Source of the DNA: Alphaproteobacteria bacterium
GTDB taxonomy: Bacteria > Pseudomonadota > Alphaproteobacteria > MPNO01 > UBA830
Length of the DNA: 64,000 nucleotides
NCBI GenBank assembly: GCA_965243135.1
Contig: OZ251539.1
Location: forward strand, 128,001 to 192,000
Direction: 5' to 3'
Position numbers and translations under genes: made by a program
Notes under the pieces: generated by a model
The model's input: only the letters and a program-made list of their open reading frames with translations
What the model was told of the DNA's origin: nothing
Database searches by the model: none
Shown: positions 12,001 through 18,286 of the stretch, one piece after another
Numbering within the stretch: the first letter of the stretch is position 1
Layout: each line of letters opens with the position of its first letter

Positions 12001-12484
12001 GCGACAGCGTCACAGTCGCCGCATCGTCGTCGACGATGCCCAGCGTCACGAAGCGGGGTGTCCGCACGTCGCCGTTCACCGTCCCCGAAACCCTCACCGA
12101 CTTGCCCCACAGGCGCGCCGCGTTGTCCACCGCGGTTATCGTCACCACGCCCGTACTGGTCGTGTTCCCGGCCGCGATGGTCAGCGTCTTCGCCGTGGAG
12201 AGCGTGAAGTCGGCGCGAGTAGCGACGCCCGCGGGGTCGGCCGACACCGTGATCGTCGCGGCCGCGCTCGACGCGCCGGAAAGCGTCGCCGTCACCGTGG
12301 CCACGCCGCCGTTCTCCGAAATCGACGGCGCGGACAGCACCAGCGCCGCCGTCGGCCGCACGTCCTGCGCCGCCGCCTCGGGCGGGGCGGCGACCGTCAC
12401 GGCGGCGAACAGCGCCAACGCCGCAAGAGGACCGCCCGCCCGAACGTTCTCCCCGGCGGTGCGGCGGTTTTCCGACTTCGGCAC
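1..12484 (-). CDS. Giant secreted repetitive surface protein/adhesin (Calx-beta/Ig-like ~110-115 aa repeats), >4100 aa, 3' end outside the window
   Basis: Manual minus-strand translation: GGAGGT SD, then GTG at 12484, MPKSENRRTAGENVRAGGPLAALALFAAVTVAAPPEAAAQD (signal-peptide-like, AAA|Q). Followed by repeats of the type ISENGGVATVTATLS...LTIAAG..S.G.VTVTA.DN....DK.VTVSG....LTLTDDD. The same frame reads sensibly at the left edge (DADLTVSPALLTF). The R-rich + ORF 422..11548 is its antisense shadow in the same codon register. Not every codon was checked by hand. Confidence 0.9.
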   Translation of the reverse strand, partial: MPKSENRRTAGENVRAGGPLAALALFAAVTVAAPPEAAAQDVRPTAALVLSAPSISENGGVATVTATLSGASSAAATITVSADPAGVATRADFTLSTAKTLTIAAGNTTSTGVVTITAVDNAARLWGKSVRVSGTVNGDVRTPRFVTLGIVDDDAATVTLSLSPASISEGGGVATVTASLSAAENVATTVTVSAAAGSGATMADFTQTGTKLTIAANATASAGRVTIAAVNDDVDQASNKSVTVSGAVDGGGRADPASVTLTIEDNDDAVPTAGTSWRSTFLFNHLVDDWDVTTQRLLGKTASQPIAITRDLLTANGDVWACPTRTVPPPDRNICTNLAYDEVPSAISLTQAMIDNDGVVILIENAGTNYYAEWVPIVALPKATLAVSPSSISENGGVATVTATLDKAALSAATITVAAAPGANAAAGNFRLSGAALVFARGATSSAGAVTIAAVDDAIHSRARSVTVSGTAAGDVKAPRAVTLTIDEDDREPDVTLSLSSSSISEGGGVATVTAGLRVASGRATTIAVSAAAVSSSGAADGDFTLSSTNTLTIAAGATASVGAVTIAAVNDNERTANKRVTVSGRVTGGGLQDPASLTLTIADNDGSLPIATTWKNNAGAYSRSALDVTTASLVGKTASQPIGIVGDATLGSFDIYACADRRVAYTNGTFTQDRLGSACRRIGRHSSVPSTISLTQAEIDNDGVVIVFYKSPTAVLAAEWVPVAVPPNAALTLSASSIGENGGVATVTATLDKGALSPTTITVAVTPGDGAAASDVSLPATPELVFATGATASTGTVTITAVNNDADSPDKSVTVSGTVNGDAAAPPGVPLTLTDDDPLPTAALALSPASISENGGVASVTATLSRPSSEAVTLTVAAAPGAGAAAADFDLSAAKTLTIAAGNTASVGAVTVTANDNDVDAPDKQVTVSAAAAGGRGVAAPSNLTLTLEDDETPTVTLELSSSSIAENGGAATVTASLDLAPSAAVTVTVSASPGSGTDFTLSSTNALTIAAGATASAGVVTLTAADDDRHAPDRNVTVSGAASSGTTLVQPSDVVLTIADDEALPTLTLALSATSISETGGVTTVTATLSGKSGEALTATVAAAAGTGAAAADFALSTAKTLTIAAGATASAGVVTVTANGNDVDTADKSVTISVTLAGGHGVAAPSDLTLTLTDDDTAGVTFTPTALTLTEEGSGKNLTLVLDSEPPAGQTTWVGIYPDIGLQLEGSHGFPQGINYSFTASDWNTAQTVSVNALADADHQDGTLRLRYVVAGYGLGDVGQGVAHAQRPVAVTVTVEDDDKPVVTLALSASSISETGGVATVTATLDKAASEATTVTVAAAGTGAAAADFDLSATNTLTIAAGATASAGTVTVTANGNDVHSGDKSVTVSATADGGDGASDPDDVTLTLADDESLPTVTLALSESSISEQGGEATVTATLSGKSSEATTVTVRAAAGTGAAAADFDLSAANTLTIAAGSTASSGDVTIAANGNDLHSGNKSVTVSGAAAGGNDVAAPSSLTLTLADDETLPTLALALSSSSISETGGAATVTATLSGKSSEAVTVTVSALPGTGAAAADFDLSAANTLTIAAGSTASAGTVTVTANGNTVDSPDKSVTVSGTATGGNDVAEPSSLTLTLTDDDTATLTLLLSDPISGQADTIKELATAPGSERMTTVTARLSVPASAAVTVTVSATADTNAAADDFTLSTAKTLTIAAGSTASAGTVTITAVDDRIDSIVDDAVAGKKVVVKGVLGSALTLAAPADVELLIWEDDRAALVTDPAFPRCRRAPCPVWLSVAEGASDTFTVKLNSEPTTSIVVAVKSSESDEGLVSSGSGAAAASTRLTFTATNWETAQTVTLHGVVDDVVDGDDDYTLRLVPDTPDEATDAYHVIGGASARPQTVRTTDVDTAGLTVSESALTVTEGGAERTFTVKLTSKPAAAVTVTATSADGDEVQLARNAGDANARAFAASKELAFTAGDWNDAQTLRVTAVDDDRDDPANLPVAITLDAASGGDSHYGALDDETVDVTKDDNDPTPTVTLALSSSSISETGGVATVTATLSGKSDDAVTVTVAASPGTGAAAADFDLSTAKTLTIAAGSTASVGVATVTANGNDVDAPDKQVTISGTVAGGHGLLSNPSSVTLTLTDDETLPTVALALSSSSISETGGVATVTATLSAVSSEAVTVTVAAAAGSGAAAADFDLSAAKTLTIAAGGTTSAGTVTVTANGNDVHSGDKQVTVSAAAAGGNNVAAPPNVTLTLTDDETLPTVALVLSSPSISETGGVATVTATLSGKSSEAVTVTVGAAAGTGAAAADFGLSAAKTLTIAAGGTTSAGTVTVTANGNDVHSGDKSVTVSAAAAGGNNAAAPPNVTLTLTDDETLPTVALALSSPSISETGGVATVTATLSGKSSEAVTVTVGAAAGTGAAAADFDLSAAKTLTIAAGGTTSAGVVTVTANGNTVDSPNKPVTVSGMVTGGNNVAAPSSLTLTLTDDDALPTATLLLSAAAIDESGASNVTTVTARLDHGSSEPVTVTVSLSPVSSTGAVAGDYALSSTNTLTIAAGATASAGLVTVTANDNDVDAPNREVTVSGTADGGRGVADPAGKTLTIRDDDGAPGVTLSLNVASIWENVQPSAVSATLSHPSSAATTVTVTPVAGAFTAPSGAGRRIVFTAGNTTSSHTVSITSVDNDVDEPDRMVTVTATVANSQGAGSVTSATLTIRDNEATPTVTLSVNPTSISESGDTATVSATLSGKSSEPTTVTVTAQTNVYSAPSGAAGRIVIAAGDTTAAGDTVTITAADNDVDAADNAATVTATAGNGHAVGAVAGASLTIADDDTAGFAILPTTSTSSRLRTTEAGGTAAFTVALESEPTGNVELDLASSDATEGAVSPSSLTFTSTNWNTAQTVTLTGQDDAAADGNQDYQATLTVDTANTADAVYDALSAVTVYAENADDEYRLVVGEVTGQATEAGGTATFTVALLSRPAQAVTVAVTSRDSSEGRVSPSTLTFQPGSWSATRMVTVTGEDDDVDDGDVSWDVRLDPSSGDANYNALADADVSVTTTDDDGPPGVTLAVSPAAISENGGAATVRAVLSRPSGAATTVTVTGVSGAFTAPSGAAGRIVIAAGNTVNASDTVTITAVNDAVHQGGPGRQATVTATVANDRASADSTTMAVTAATLTLTDDESPPGATLALSDASIAENGGASAVSATLSRASAAATTVTVTAVSGFYTVGSDATIVIAAGDTTAASDTAAIAAVDNDVDEPDRTATVTATLANDRGAGSVTGAQLTLEDDETLPAATLALSSSSIAEAGGVTTVTATLDGKSSQALTLTVASAAGAKAAPADFSQTGTTLTIAAEATASTGRVTIRANDNMVASGSKQVTVSATSAGGNGAANPANAVLTLTDDDTPQVTLALSSSSIGENGGATTVTATLDRMSAVAVTVTVSASPGSGTDFTLSSANTLTFAANATASAGAVTITATDNDTDAPNKTVTVSGTASDNLGLANNPPSVTLTITDDDAAPGVTLSLSDASIAENGGTAAVSAALSHPSSAATTVTVTASSGFFTVPSGAAGRIVIAAGDTTAASDTVTITAVNNDVDEPNRMATVTATAANGQGAGNVTNVTLTLEDDDATPTVTLSANPMSISENGGTAAVSATLSGRSSQPTTVTVTAQANVYSVASGAGATIVVAAGQTASSDTATITAVDNAVDAADNAATVTGTAANGHGVTAAATGASLTIADDDTAGVVMDPETTTASRVRTSEDGSQATVEVTLATEPTGNVEIDVASQDTAQGTASPSSLTFTPTDWNTAQTVTLTGVDDNPGAPDGSQNYTVTLTVDTTNTADANYDALSAAAIYARNLDDEAGVEVSPTSGLSTTEGGGAATFTVRLLSEPEGVVAVPLASSDPGEGAVSPSSLTFTAGNWNTAQTVTVTGVDDDADDGDASYVIETGDPSSATAAAYDGLEAGDVDDVSVTNADDDATPTVTLALSRTVVDENPEAPAEERRTTVTARLSHPSGTATTITVESSAAGDYALSANAMLTIGAGEIASAGEVTITAVDDDVDAADKTVTVSGRAENDRAAADSTTVAVTGAELTITDDDERGFAFDPAATVAAAVGASAEYTVAPTSEPAGDVTVEIAPDDADLTVSPALLTF

Positions 12485-12629
12485 GTCGAACGATACCTCC
12501 CAAGCTCCTTGAAGTCATACATCAACGGTTGCGTCGTTGACACCCCGCGCGGGGACCCGGCTCCCGCGACGGACTCGATCCTTGTCGCCGACGGTCGCCC
12601 TTTTCTATGCCGCCATCAACTCTGGACGC

Positions 12630-12845
12630 GCAGCTTGAGCGTCGCCGCGTCCGTGCCGACGACCGGCCATGCCCGCACGTCGCCCAATCAGCGTATCCGG
12701 CGCAAAGTCGACACGGCGCTCGACGCCGGCGCCTTCTGGCCGGAACCGCTCCTCCAACTCAACCCGGCTTTCAAACCGGGAGGACGATCTGGTTGCGGAA
12801 GGGATACTCCACGAAGAGCGCGCCCGGATTTTCCGGCCAGACCTG
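12630..12845 (+). pseudogene. N-terminal remnant of a large DEAD/DEAH-box helicase of the type found in defence islands
   Basis: QRIRRKVDTALDAGAFWPEPLLQLNPAFKPGG then, after a frameshift, DLVAEGILHEERARIFR. Matches the recalled N-terminal WP(D/E)P..QLNP.F..GG....LV..G.LH....IFR pattern; truncated immediately after. Confidence 0.6.
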
Positions 12846-13030
12846 CCTGTGCCCCATAAGGTTTCGCTGAACTCCGGATCCTCCGCGAGCTCGTCGAGCG
12901 GGACATCCCCGTCCCGAACCTCCGCCGCGAGGAACTCCGCGGCGGCCTTTGGCGCGACCGTCTTCGCCGACGATGCGTCGGCCCGACTTGCCGGACGCTC
13001 AACGGGCATGGGACGGCGCGGCGTCCGCGC

Positions 13031-13052
13031 CTGAAATTAGGGTTGTCCCTCC
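13031..13052 (+). promoter_or_regulatory. Putative regulatory motif shared with 54928-54948
   Basis: CTGAAATTAGGGTT is identical (14 bp) at 13031 and 54928, both intergenic and upstream of + strand genes. Confidence 0.4.
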
Positions 13053-13108
13053 CCCCAACCACTGTAGAGACGGCATGGACTCAGGTGTCGTGCGCGCAAC
13101 CGAAAGGA

Positions 13109-13457
13109 ATGGCAACGAACATCAACACGCCGCTGCCGATCATGGCGGAACACGAAACCATACGCTCCGTCTCCGACGGAGGAATTCGCCACCCGGTATC
13201 GCGAGGATCCGGGCTTCCGCTCGCGAGCGGACACGAATCCGAGAGCCGTTCTCAACGACTTCGGCGTCGACCTGTCTCCCGGATACGACGTCAGGATCGA
13301 GGAGGACTTGGACGAGGTTTTCCACTTCGTCATGCCGTCCGACCCGAACATGACCTTGTCGGACGCGGACATGGAAATGATCGCCGGCGGCAAGGGGGGC
13401 AAGCGGCTCAACCCGACGTGGCAGCGCATCACCGGCAGGGAATACTCGGAGTGCTAA
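13109..13457 (+). CDS. NHLP/proteusin-like double-glycine RiPP precursor, one apparent +1 frameshift near 13170-13180
   Basis: ATG 13109 gives MATNINTPLPIMAEHETIRSVS. The +1 frame continues EEFATRYREDPGFRSRADTNPRAVLNDFGVDLSPGYDVRIEEDLDEVFHFVMPSDPNMTLSDADMEMIAGG|KGGKRLNPTWQRITGREYSEC* (TAA 13455-57). The DP.FR..../ NPRAVL / HFV.P / LSD....IAGG features are NHLP-leader hallmarks. Not in the ORF track. Confidence 0.75.
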
Positions 13458-13533
13458 ACCTTGGCCGCGCCCGGACCGTTCCTCGCCGGTTTCGGCGGCG
13501 CGGGCCGGGCGCGAACCCCGGAGCGGATTCCGA

Positions 13534-14325
13534 ATGTACTGGATAATGCAGACCCAGCTGTTCGAGGGTCTCCAGGACGCGATGGACGCCCACGCGCTCG
13601 AGGCGTTTCCCGGGGAGGCGCTGGGGGCCGTGTTCGGGAGCCGCGCCGACCCCGTTTATCGCTCCGTCGCCGAGGTCGCGGACAACTCGCGCGCCAATTT
13701 CCGGGTCGAGGAGGTCGCGCTGCGGGAAGACACGCACGGCTCCTTGCTGGCGGTGGTGCACACGCGTTCCTCGACCGCGGCCGGGAACGACGACCTCGAC
13801 CTGTCGCTGTTCGTTCCGAGCGCGGCGGAGATGCGCGCGCAGGCGGCCTTGGCGGTACCCTTCGGCGTCGTGGTGTGCGACCGGTCGCGGTGCATCGATC
13901 GCTTCTGGTTCGGGGACCAGTGCCCCATGCTGCCTCTGCTGAACCGGCCGTTCCGGCACGGGGTGACGGATTGCTACTCGCTCATTCGCGACTACTACCG
14001 TCAGGAGCGGAACGTCCTGCTGCCCGACTTTCCGCGCGACTGGAACTGGTGGTTGGAAGGTCTGGACCTCTACCGGGCGGGGTTTGAGAAGGCGGGGTTC
14101 CGGGCCATCGACGCGGCGGATTCCGGCATCGGGGACGTGGTCTTGTTCCGTGTGCGGTCGAAGGTGCCCAATCACGCGGCCGTGGTGCAGGCCGACGGGA
14201 GGATGGTGCACCACCCGGGGTCTCTCCGGCCCTACGACAGCTTGCAGACGAGCCGTTGCGAGCCGCTGGAGCGGTGGAGGCGCTTCGTCACCCATTGGCT
14301 GCGCCACGAAGGCGATGCCGGCTGA
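13534..14325 (+). CDS. JAB/Mov34-like + NlpC/P60 (C40) protein, homologous to lambdoid tail assembly protein K
   Basis: AHA..AFPGEA.G, AVVHTR...PSAAEMRAQ (degenerate JAMM), then LLNRPFRHGVTDCYSLIRDYY, LPDFPRDWNWW, GDVVLF...PNHAAV....MVHH (Cys-His-His NlpC/P60 set). Confidence 0.85.
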   Translation: MYWIMQTQLFEGLQDAMDAHALEAFPGEALGAVFGSRADPVYRSVAEVADNSRANFRVEEVALREDTHGSLLAVVHTRSSTAAGNDDLDLSLFVPSAAEMRAQAALAVPFGVVVCDRSRCIDRFWFGDQCPMLPLLNRPFRHGVTDCYSLIRDYYRQERNVLLPDFPRDWNWWLEGLDLYRAGFEKAGFRAIDAADSGIGDVVLFRVRSKVPNHAAVVQADGRMVHHPGSLRPYDSLQTSRCEPLERWRRFVTHWLRHEGDAG

Positions 14326-14571
14326 ACGCCGCGGCCGACGTGGTGCACGTCCGGCCGGGGCGCCCGAACCGCGCGTCGCCTGTTCGACCAGAACAGGTCT
14401 CCCGGGCGAGAAAGCCCCGCATGACTTGCTCGGCGTCCGCGTCCCGGCCCCAGGCGGGCGGGCAGCGGTCGTCCGGCTTCCCTGCCATGTTCCCGAAGTC
14501 GCCGGTCGGCGGATAGCCGAGACCGGGCCGCGCGCTCCTCCCGTCGGGACCGGCGCGTCGGTCGCGGCCTC

Positions 14572-16123
14572 CTCACGAGCGGGCAGAAGGACGCGGTGAA
14601 ATTGATCCTGTCCGGGAAGGATCGGACGGTGGGCGTCCAAGGCTACGTCGGGACCGGCAAGACCGCCATGCTGAACCGCGCCCTCCTGGAGAAGCGCGGG
14701 TTCAAGGTCAAGGGGCTGGTGCCGTCGGCCTCGGCCGCACGTACGCCCGCCTCCGAAGCCGGCATCGAGAGCGAGATCCTGCAACGGTTCCTTGTCCGCA
14801 ACGCCGGCGTCGCCGAGGGACGGCTCACGGACAAGGGCGAACGGACGATGCGCACGACGTTCGAGAATACCGTCCTGGTGGTGGACGAAGGATCGCTCGC
14901 CTCCACCGTCCAAGCCCGTGACCTGCTGCGGATGGCCAACGTCTTGCGCGTTTCCCGGGTCGTGCAGCTCGACGCCGTGGATGCCGACAAGCCGTTCGCG
15001 CAGCGGGCCGGCATGAAGACGGCGACGGTGGACGAGATCATGCGCCAACGCGATCCCAGCTTGAAGGCGGCGGTCGAGGCGAGCCTCGCGGACGATGCGG
15101 AGAAGGCGTTCGAGAAGCTCGGCGACGACGCGGCGGGGGTGAAGGCCGACAATCTCGCCGGCGCGCCCGCCGCCCGCTGGCTCCGGCTCTCGGCCCCTGA
15201 GCGCGGGAACGCCGGGCTGATGGCCCCGAGCCACGCGCTACGCGAGGAGATCAACGACGCGAACGGCTGATCCGCGATGGCGTGACACGGGACCGGCGAT
15301 GGAGACGAAGCGCCTAGTCTCGCTCGGCTACACGCGGGCGGAAAAGGCGCTCGCCGCCAACTACGCGCCCGGCGATGTGGTCGCGTTCCATCGCGCCTAC
15401 AAGCGGCTCGGGGTCGAGAAGGGAGACGAGTTGCGCGTCGTCGGCATCGACCGGGGCGCCGACGCCGTGAAGCTGGAGGGAAAGGACGGATCGGTCATCG
15501 CCTGGGATCCTTACAGGCTCGCCGGCAGAACCGGTGGGGTCGAGGTCTACCGTGTCGAGGAGATGGAGTTCGGCCAGGGCGATCGCATCCGCTGGACCCG
15601 GAACGATGCGCGACGCGAACTGGTCAACAGCGCTACGGCCGAGGTGACGGCGGCGAAGGATGGGACGGTGCGGTTCCATTTCGAAGACGGGCGGAGCCTG
15701 GACATGCGCCGGGATGATCCGCAGCTGCGCCACGTCGACCGCGCCTGGGCCTCCACCGTCCACGCCTTCCAGAGCCGCACCGTCGATACCGTCATCGCGG
15801 CGATGGAAGCGAATCACCCCCACCTGACGACGCAGAAGACCCTCTACGTCGAAATCAGCCGCACCCGGGACCGCGCCGAACCGGTCACCGACGACCGGAG
15901 CGCGCTGCGCGAACGGCTGGAAGTCGCCACCGGCGAGCGCACCGCGGCGCTGGAGGCGGTCAAGCCGGAAAGGACAAGGGGGCGCGAGGTGGGGCTGCAT
16001 GTGAACCGGAACGAGGACCGAGACAGCGATGCCGCCGAATCGCGACAGTCGGAACGGACGTCCAGAGCGGAAATGAAGAAGGCGCGGGTGCCGAAGAGCG
16101 TCGATCGCGACATGGAGCTGTAG
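14572..16123 (+). pseudogene. Helicase/C-terminal part of a TrwC/TraI-type (MobF) conjugative relaxase, fragmented
   Basis: LTSGQKDAVKLIL, GVQGYVGTGKT, VLVVDEGSL, EIMRQRD, GDRIRWTRND, AWASTVHAFQ, LYVEISR. Split into 14596-15270 and 15299-16123; relaxase N-terminus absent. Confidence 0.8.
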
Positions 16124-16255
16124 TACATGGAGCTGTAGTGCACCCGCACCCACATCAGAGACGGCGCGGACGGTTCCAGAGATGCGGTTGCGACCCAACC
16201 TTTCCAGGAAGACTTGTCTCGCAATATTGAAACGCCGCCCAGTACGCCGCCCAGT
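16110..16255 (+). repeat. Two short tandem duplications
   Basis: ACATGGAGCTGTAGT x2 (16110-16139, spanning the relaxase stop) and ACGCCGCCCAGT x2 (16232-16255). Confidence 0.85.
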
Positions 16256-16564
16256 ACACCGTATAAGTGTTCAGCTGCCGTGGCAGCGCCGATAACGGCC
16301 GTGTCTATCGATGGGTGGCAAGTCAGCGTCTTGGTTCAATGCCTATGAGACGCCGCGTGGGCCGCTGGAGGCGGTGGGTCAAGCCGCTTTGCGGCTTCCT
16401 CCGCTGCGCTCCAGCCCTTCGGGTGACCACCCGCCGCTCTCAACGGCTCCGAGGACAGCCATAGCCGCAAGCAGGCTTCCGGCCATGGACAAGACACCGG
16501 ATACCGACTGGCCCGATGGGCCGTGTCTCACATGTGTTTGAACCAAGTCAGGTAGGACGGTTCG

Positions 16565-17017
16565 ATGGGTACGGTTCTCGAAGACGTCACAAGCGAGACG
16601 CTCAGCGCAGAAGACATCATGCAGCGCGTGGTGGACTGGGAGACGCGCGTGACGAACTTCTACACCATGATCGACGGCTGGCTACCGGATGGATGGCAGG
16701 CATGTGAAGGCGAACCCGTGTTCATGCATGAAGAGCTGATGCGCAGGTTCCGTATCGGACGGAAAGAGATACCGACTCGTATTCTCACTGGACGCACGGG
16801 CAATTCGGCCTGGCTAAAGCCGCGCGCATTGTGGATCATCGGCGTCAATGGTCGTATCGACCTGAAGCGAGACGGTCCCGAAGCATCAATTCACCACTAC
16901 CTTATCGTCGATATGGCTTCGAACTTCAAGCCTCCGGATTGGCAGGTTGTTCCTGCCAAACGGCGATACGACCGGGAGCCAGTCACCGAAGATTGGTTAA
17001 AGCGTATCTTGAAGTGA
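16565..17017 (+). CDS. Hypothetical protein (150 aa), translationally coupled to the HEPN gene
   Basis: Protein-like composition, AGGA upstream, and its TGA overlaps the GTG of the next gene (GTGA). Confidence 0.75.
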   Translation: MGTVLEDVTSETLSAEDIMQRVVDWETRVTNFYTMIDGWLPDGWQACEGEPVFMHEELMRRFRIGRKEIPTRILTGRTGNSAWLKPRALWIIGVNGRIDLKRDGPEASIHHYLIVDMASNFKPPDWQVVPAKRRYDREPVTEDWLKRILK

Positions 17018-17457
17018 GCGAGGCCATCGCGACCTTGTACCAACAGGTCGACAACTCTCTTGAGGTCTTACTCGACCAAGTCGGAGGGGATGAGGAGCGA
17101 CGACACATCGAATATCAACAGAAACTCAACGGGCAAGCCTACTTTATTCCGGCTTGGGGACAGCTAGAAGCGGAGATAGATGAGGCCTGCCGGAATGTTA
17201 TCCGCTTGGGGCGATCGCAGGAGGAATGGCAGCATCGCCGAGCGTGGAGCTTGTACGATCCAAAAAACCTCAGGCTGAGTTTCAGGGATCGCCTGACACT
17301 CGTTCTGGACAAGTCCAAAGACGAGTGGAAAAAAACCATGGAGCTTTACGAAGTCCGAAACCAGATCGCGCACGGGGATCTGCGTTCCGAAGGCATAGAG
17401 GTCTCGATCATGCTCAAGGAGTTTGATCGTATACTGTCATCTTTGGCGCGAAATTGA
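17014..17457 (+). CDS. HEPN-domain protein (putative RNase)
   Basis: Start re-assigned to GTG 17014. N-terminal helix AYFIPAWGQLEAEI and C-terminal Rx4H motif YEVRNQIAHG. Confidence 0.75.
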   Translation: MSEAIATLYQQVDNSLEVLLDQVGGDEERRHIEYQQKLNGQAYFIPAWGQLEAEIDEACRNVIRLGRSQEEWQHRRAWSLYDPKNLRLSFRDRLTLVLDKSKDEWKKTMELYEVRNQIAHGDLRSEGIEVSIMLKEFDRILSSLARN

Positions 17458-17566
17458 GCGACCACAATCTGTCTGACGAAGCATGACAATGGCTCAGTTC
17501 TAGGAAGAAATGTGGCGGACGCCGTTCTCGCTCGTTGCGTTGATGATGTTTTACCGAATCGATGAC

Positions 17567-17904
17567 GAGCCGCGCGCGCTGTCCGCAACGCCTTGAAATG
17601 CGAACAGCTTTCAGGAGTACCGAATTTTTTCCTCGGGTACGGAAAACTGCGAATTCTCCGCGCCGGGACCGCGATTTTCGCAGATTCCACCCACGGCCGG
17701 CCGGCCGCCGCCTACCCGATTGGCCGCCTGCGTTCAGACCACGGCCCGGCTTGCACCGGGTTTGCGGCGCGGCAACACTCGCCTTTTGTTCTGAAGACTG
17801 AGCACCCGCGAGGCCCTTACGGGCCGCCGGCGGGCGGGCGGAGCGGTTCGCGGGGCGTCGGCCGGTCGGCAGGCCGACAAAAAATGGCACAGCGCAAACG
17901 GCTC
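17567..17904. mobile_element. MITE-like dispersed repeat, copy A
   Basis: Starts GAGCCG and ends CGGCTC. The first ~145 bp and last ~55 bp align with 37102-37689 (e.g. CTCGGGTACGGAAAACTGCGAATT, GATTTTCGCAGATTCCACCC, GGCAGGCCGACAAAAA). Confidence 0.7.
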
Positions 17905-17939
17905 TGTGAGGGGGAGCCAGCTCTCATGGATGCTCGCCG

Positions 17940-18170
17940 CTTGGACGATCCCGGATCGTCGCCGACGGAAAGCCGGGCGCCCACGACCTTCGGCGCCCCG
18001 CGCGCAGGACTCGACGACACGCATCCACGATCTCCGTCACAGCTTCGCCTCGTGCGCCCTGGCGCTCGGCGAATGCCTGCCCATGGTCGGGAAGCCAGTC
18101 GGCCGCGCGCTAGGTCCGGGCCACCGCCCGCGATTCCGTCAAGGTCTCCGCCGCACGCAGCGGAATAGCG
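17940..18170 (+). pseudogene. Tyrosine recombinase/integrase C-terminal remnant
   Basis: RAGLDD../RIHDLRHSFASCALALGECLPMVGKPVG corresponds to the HxLRH box and a degenerate .GK.LGH box. Confidence 0.75.
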
Positions 18171-18286
18171 GTAAGACGTTCAACGCATGGAATAGGACGG
18201 CCGACTTTTCGGGAGAACGCTCAGCGCTTGGTACCGACGACCGGGGGGCGTTCTCCGTCTCGCGAGGCGGGAAGCCGTGGAACCCC

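Noticed and set aside
12860-13010. Minus-strand fragment PKAAAEFLAAEVRDGDVPLDELAEDPEFSET
   Set aside because: Protein-like but short, and no family could be assigned.
13534-14325. Prophage
   Set aside because: Only one tail-K-like gene; no other structural, terminase or lysis genes, and the integrase is a small remnant.
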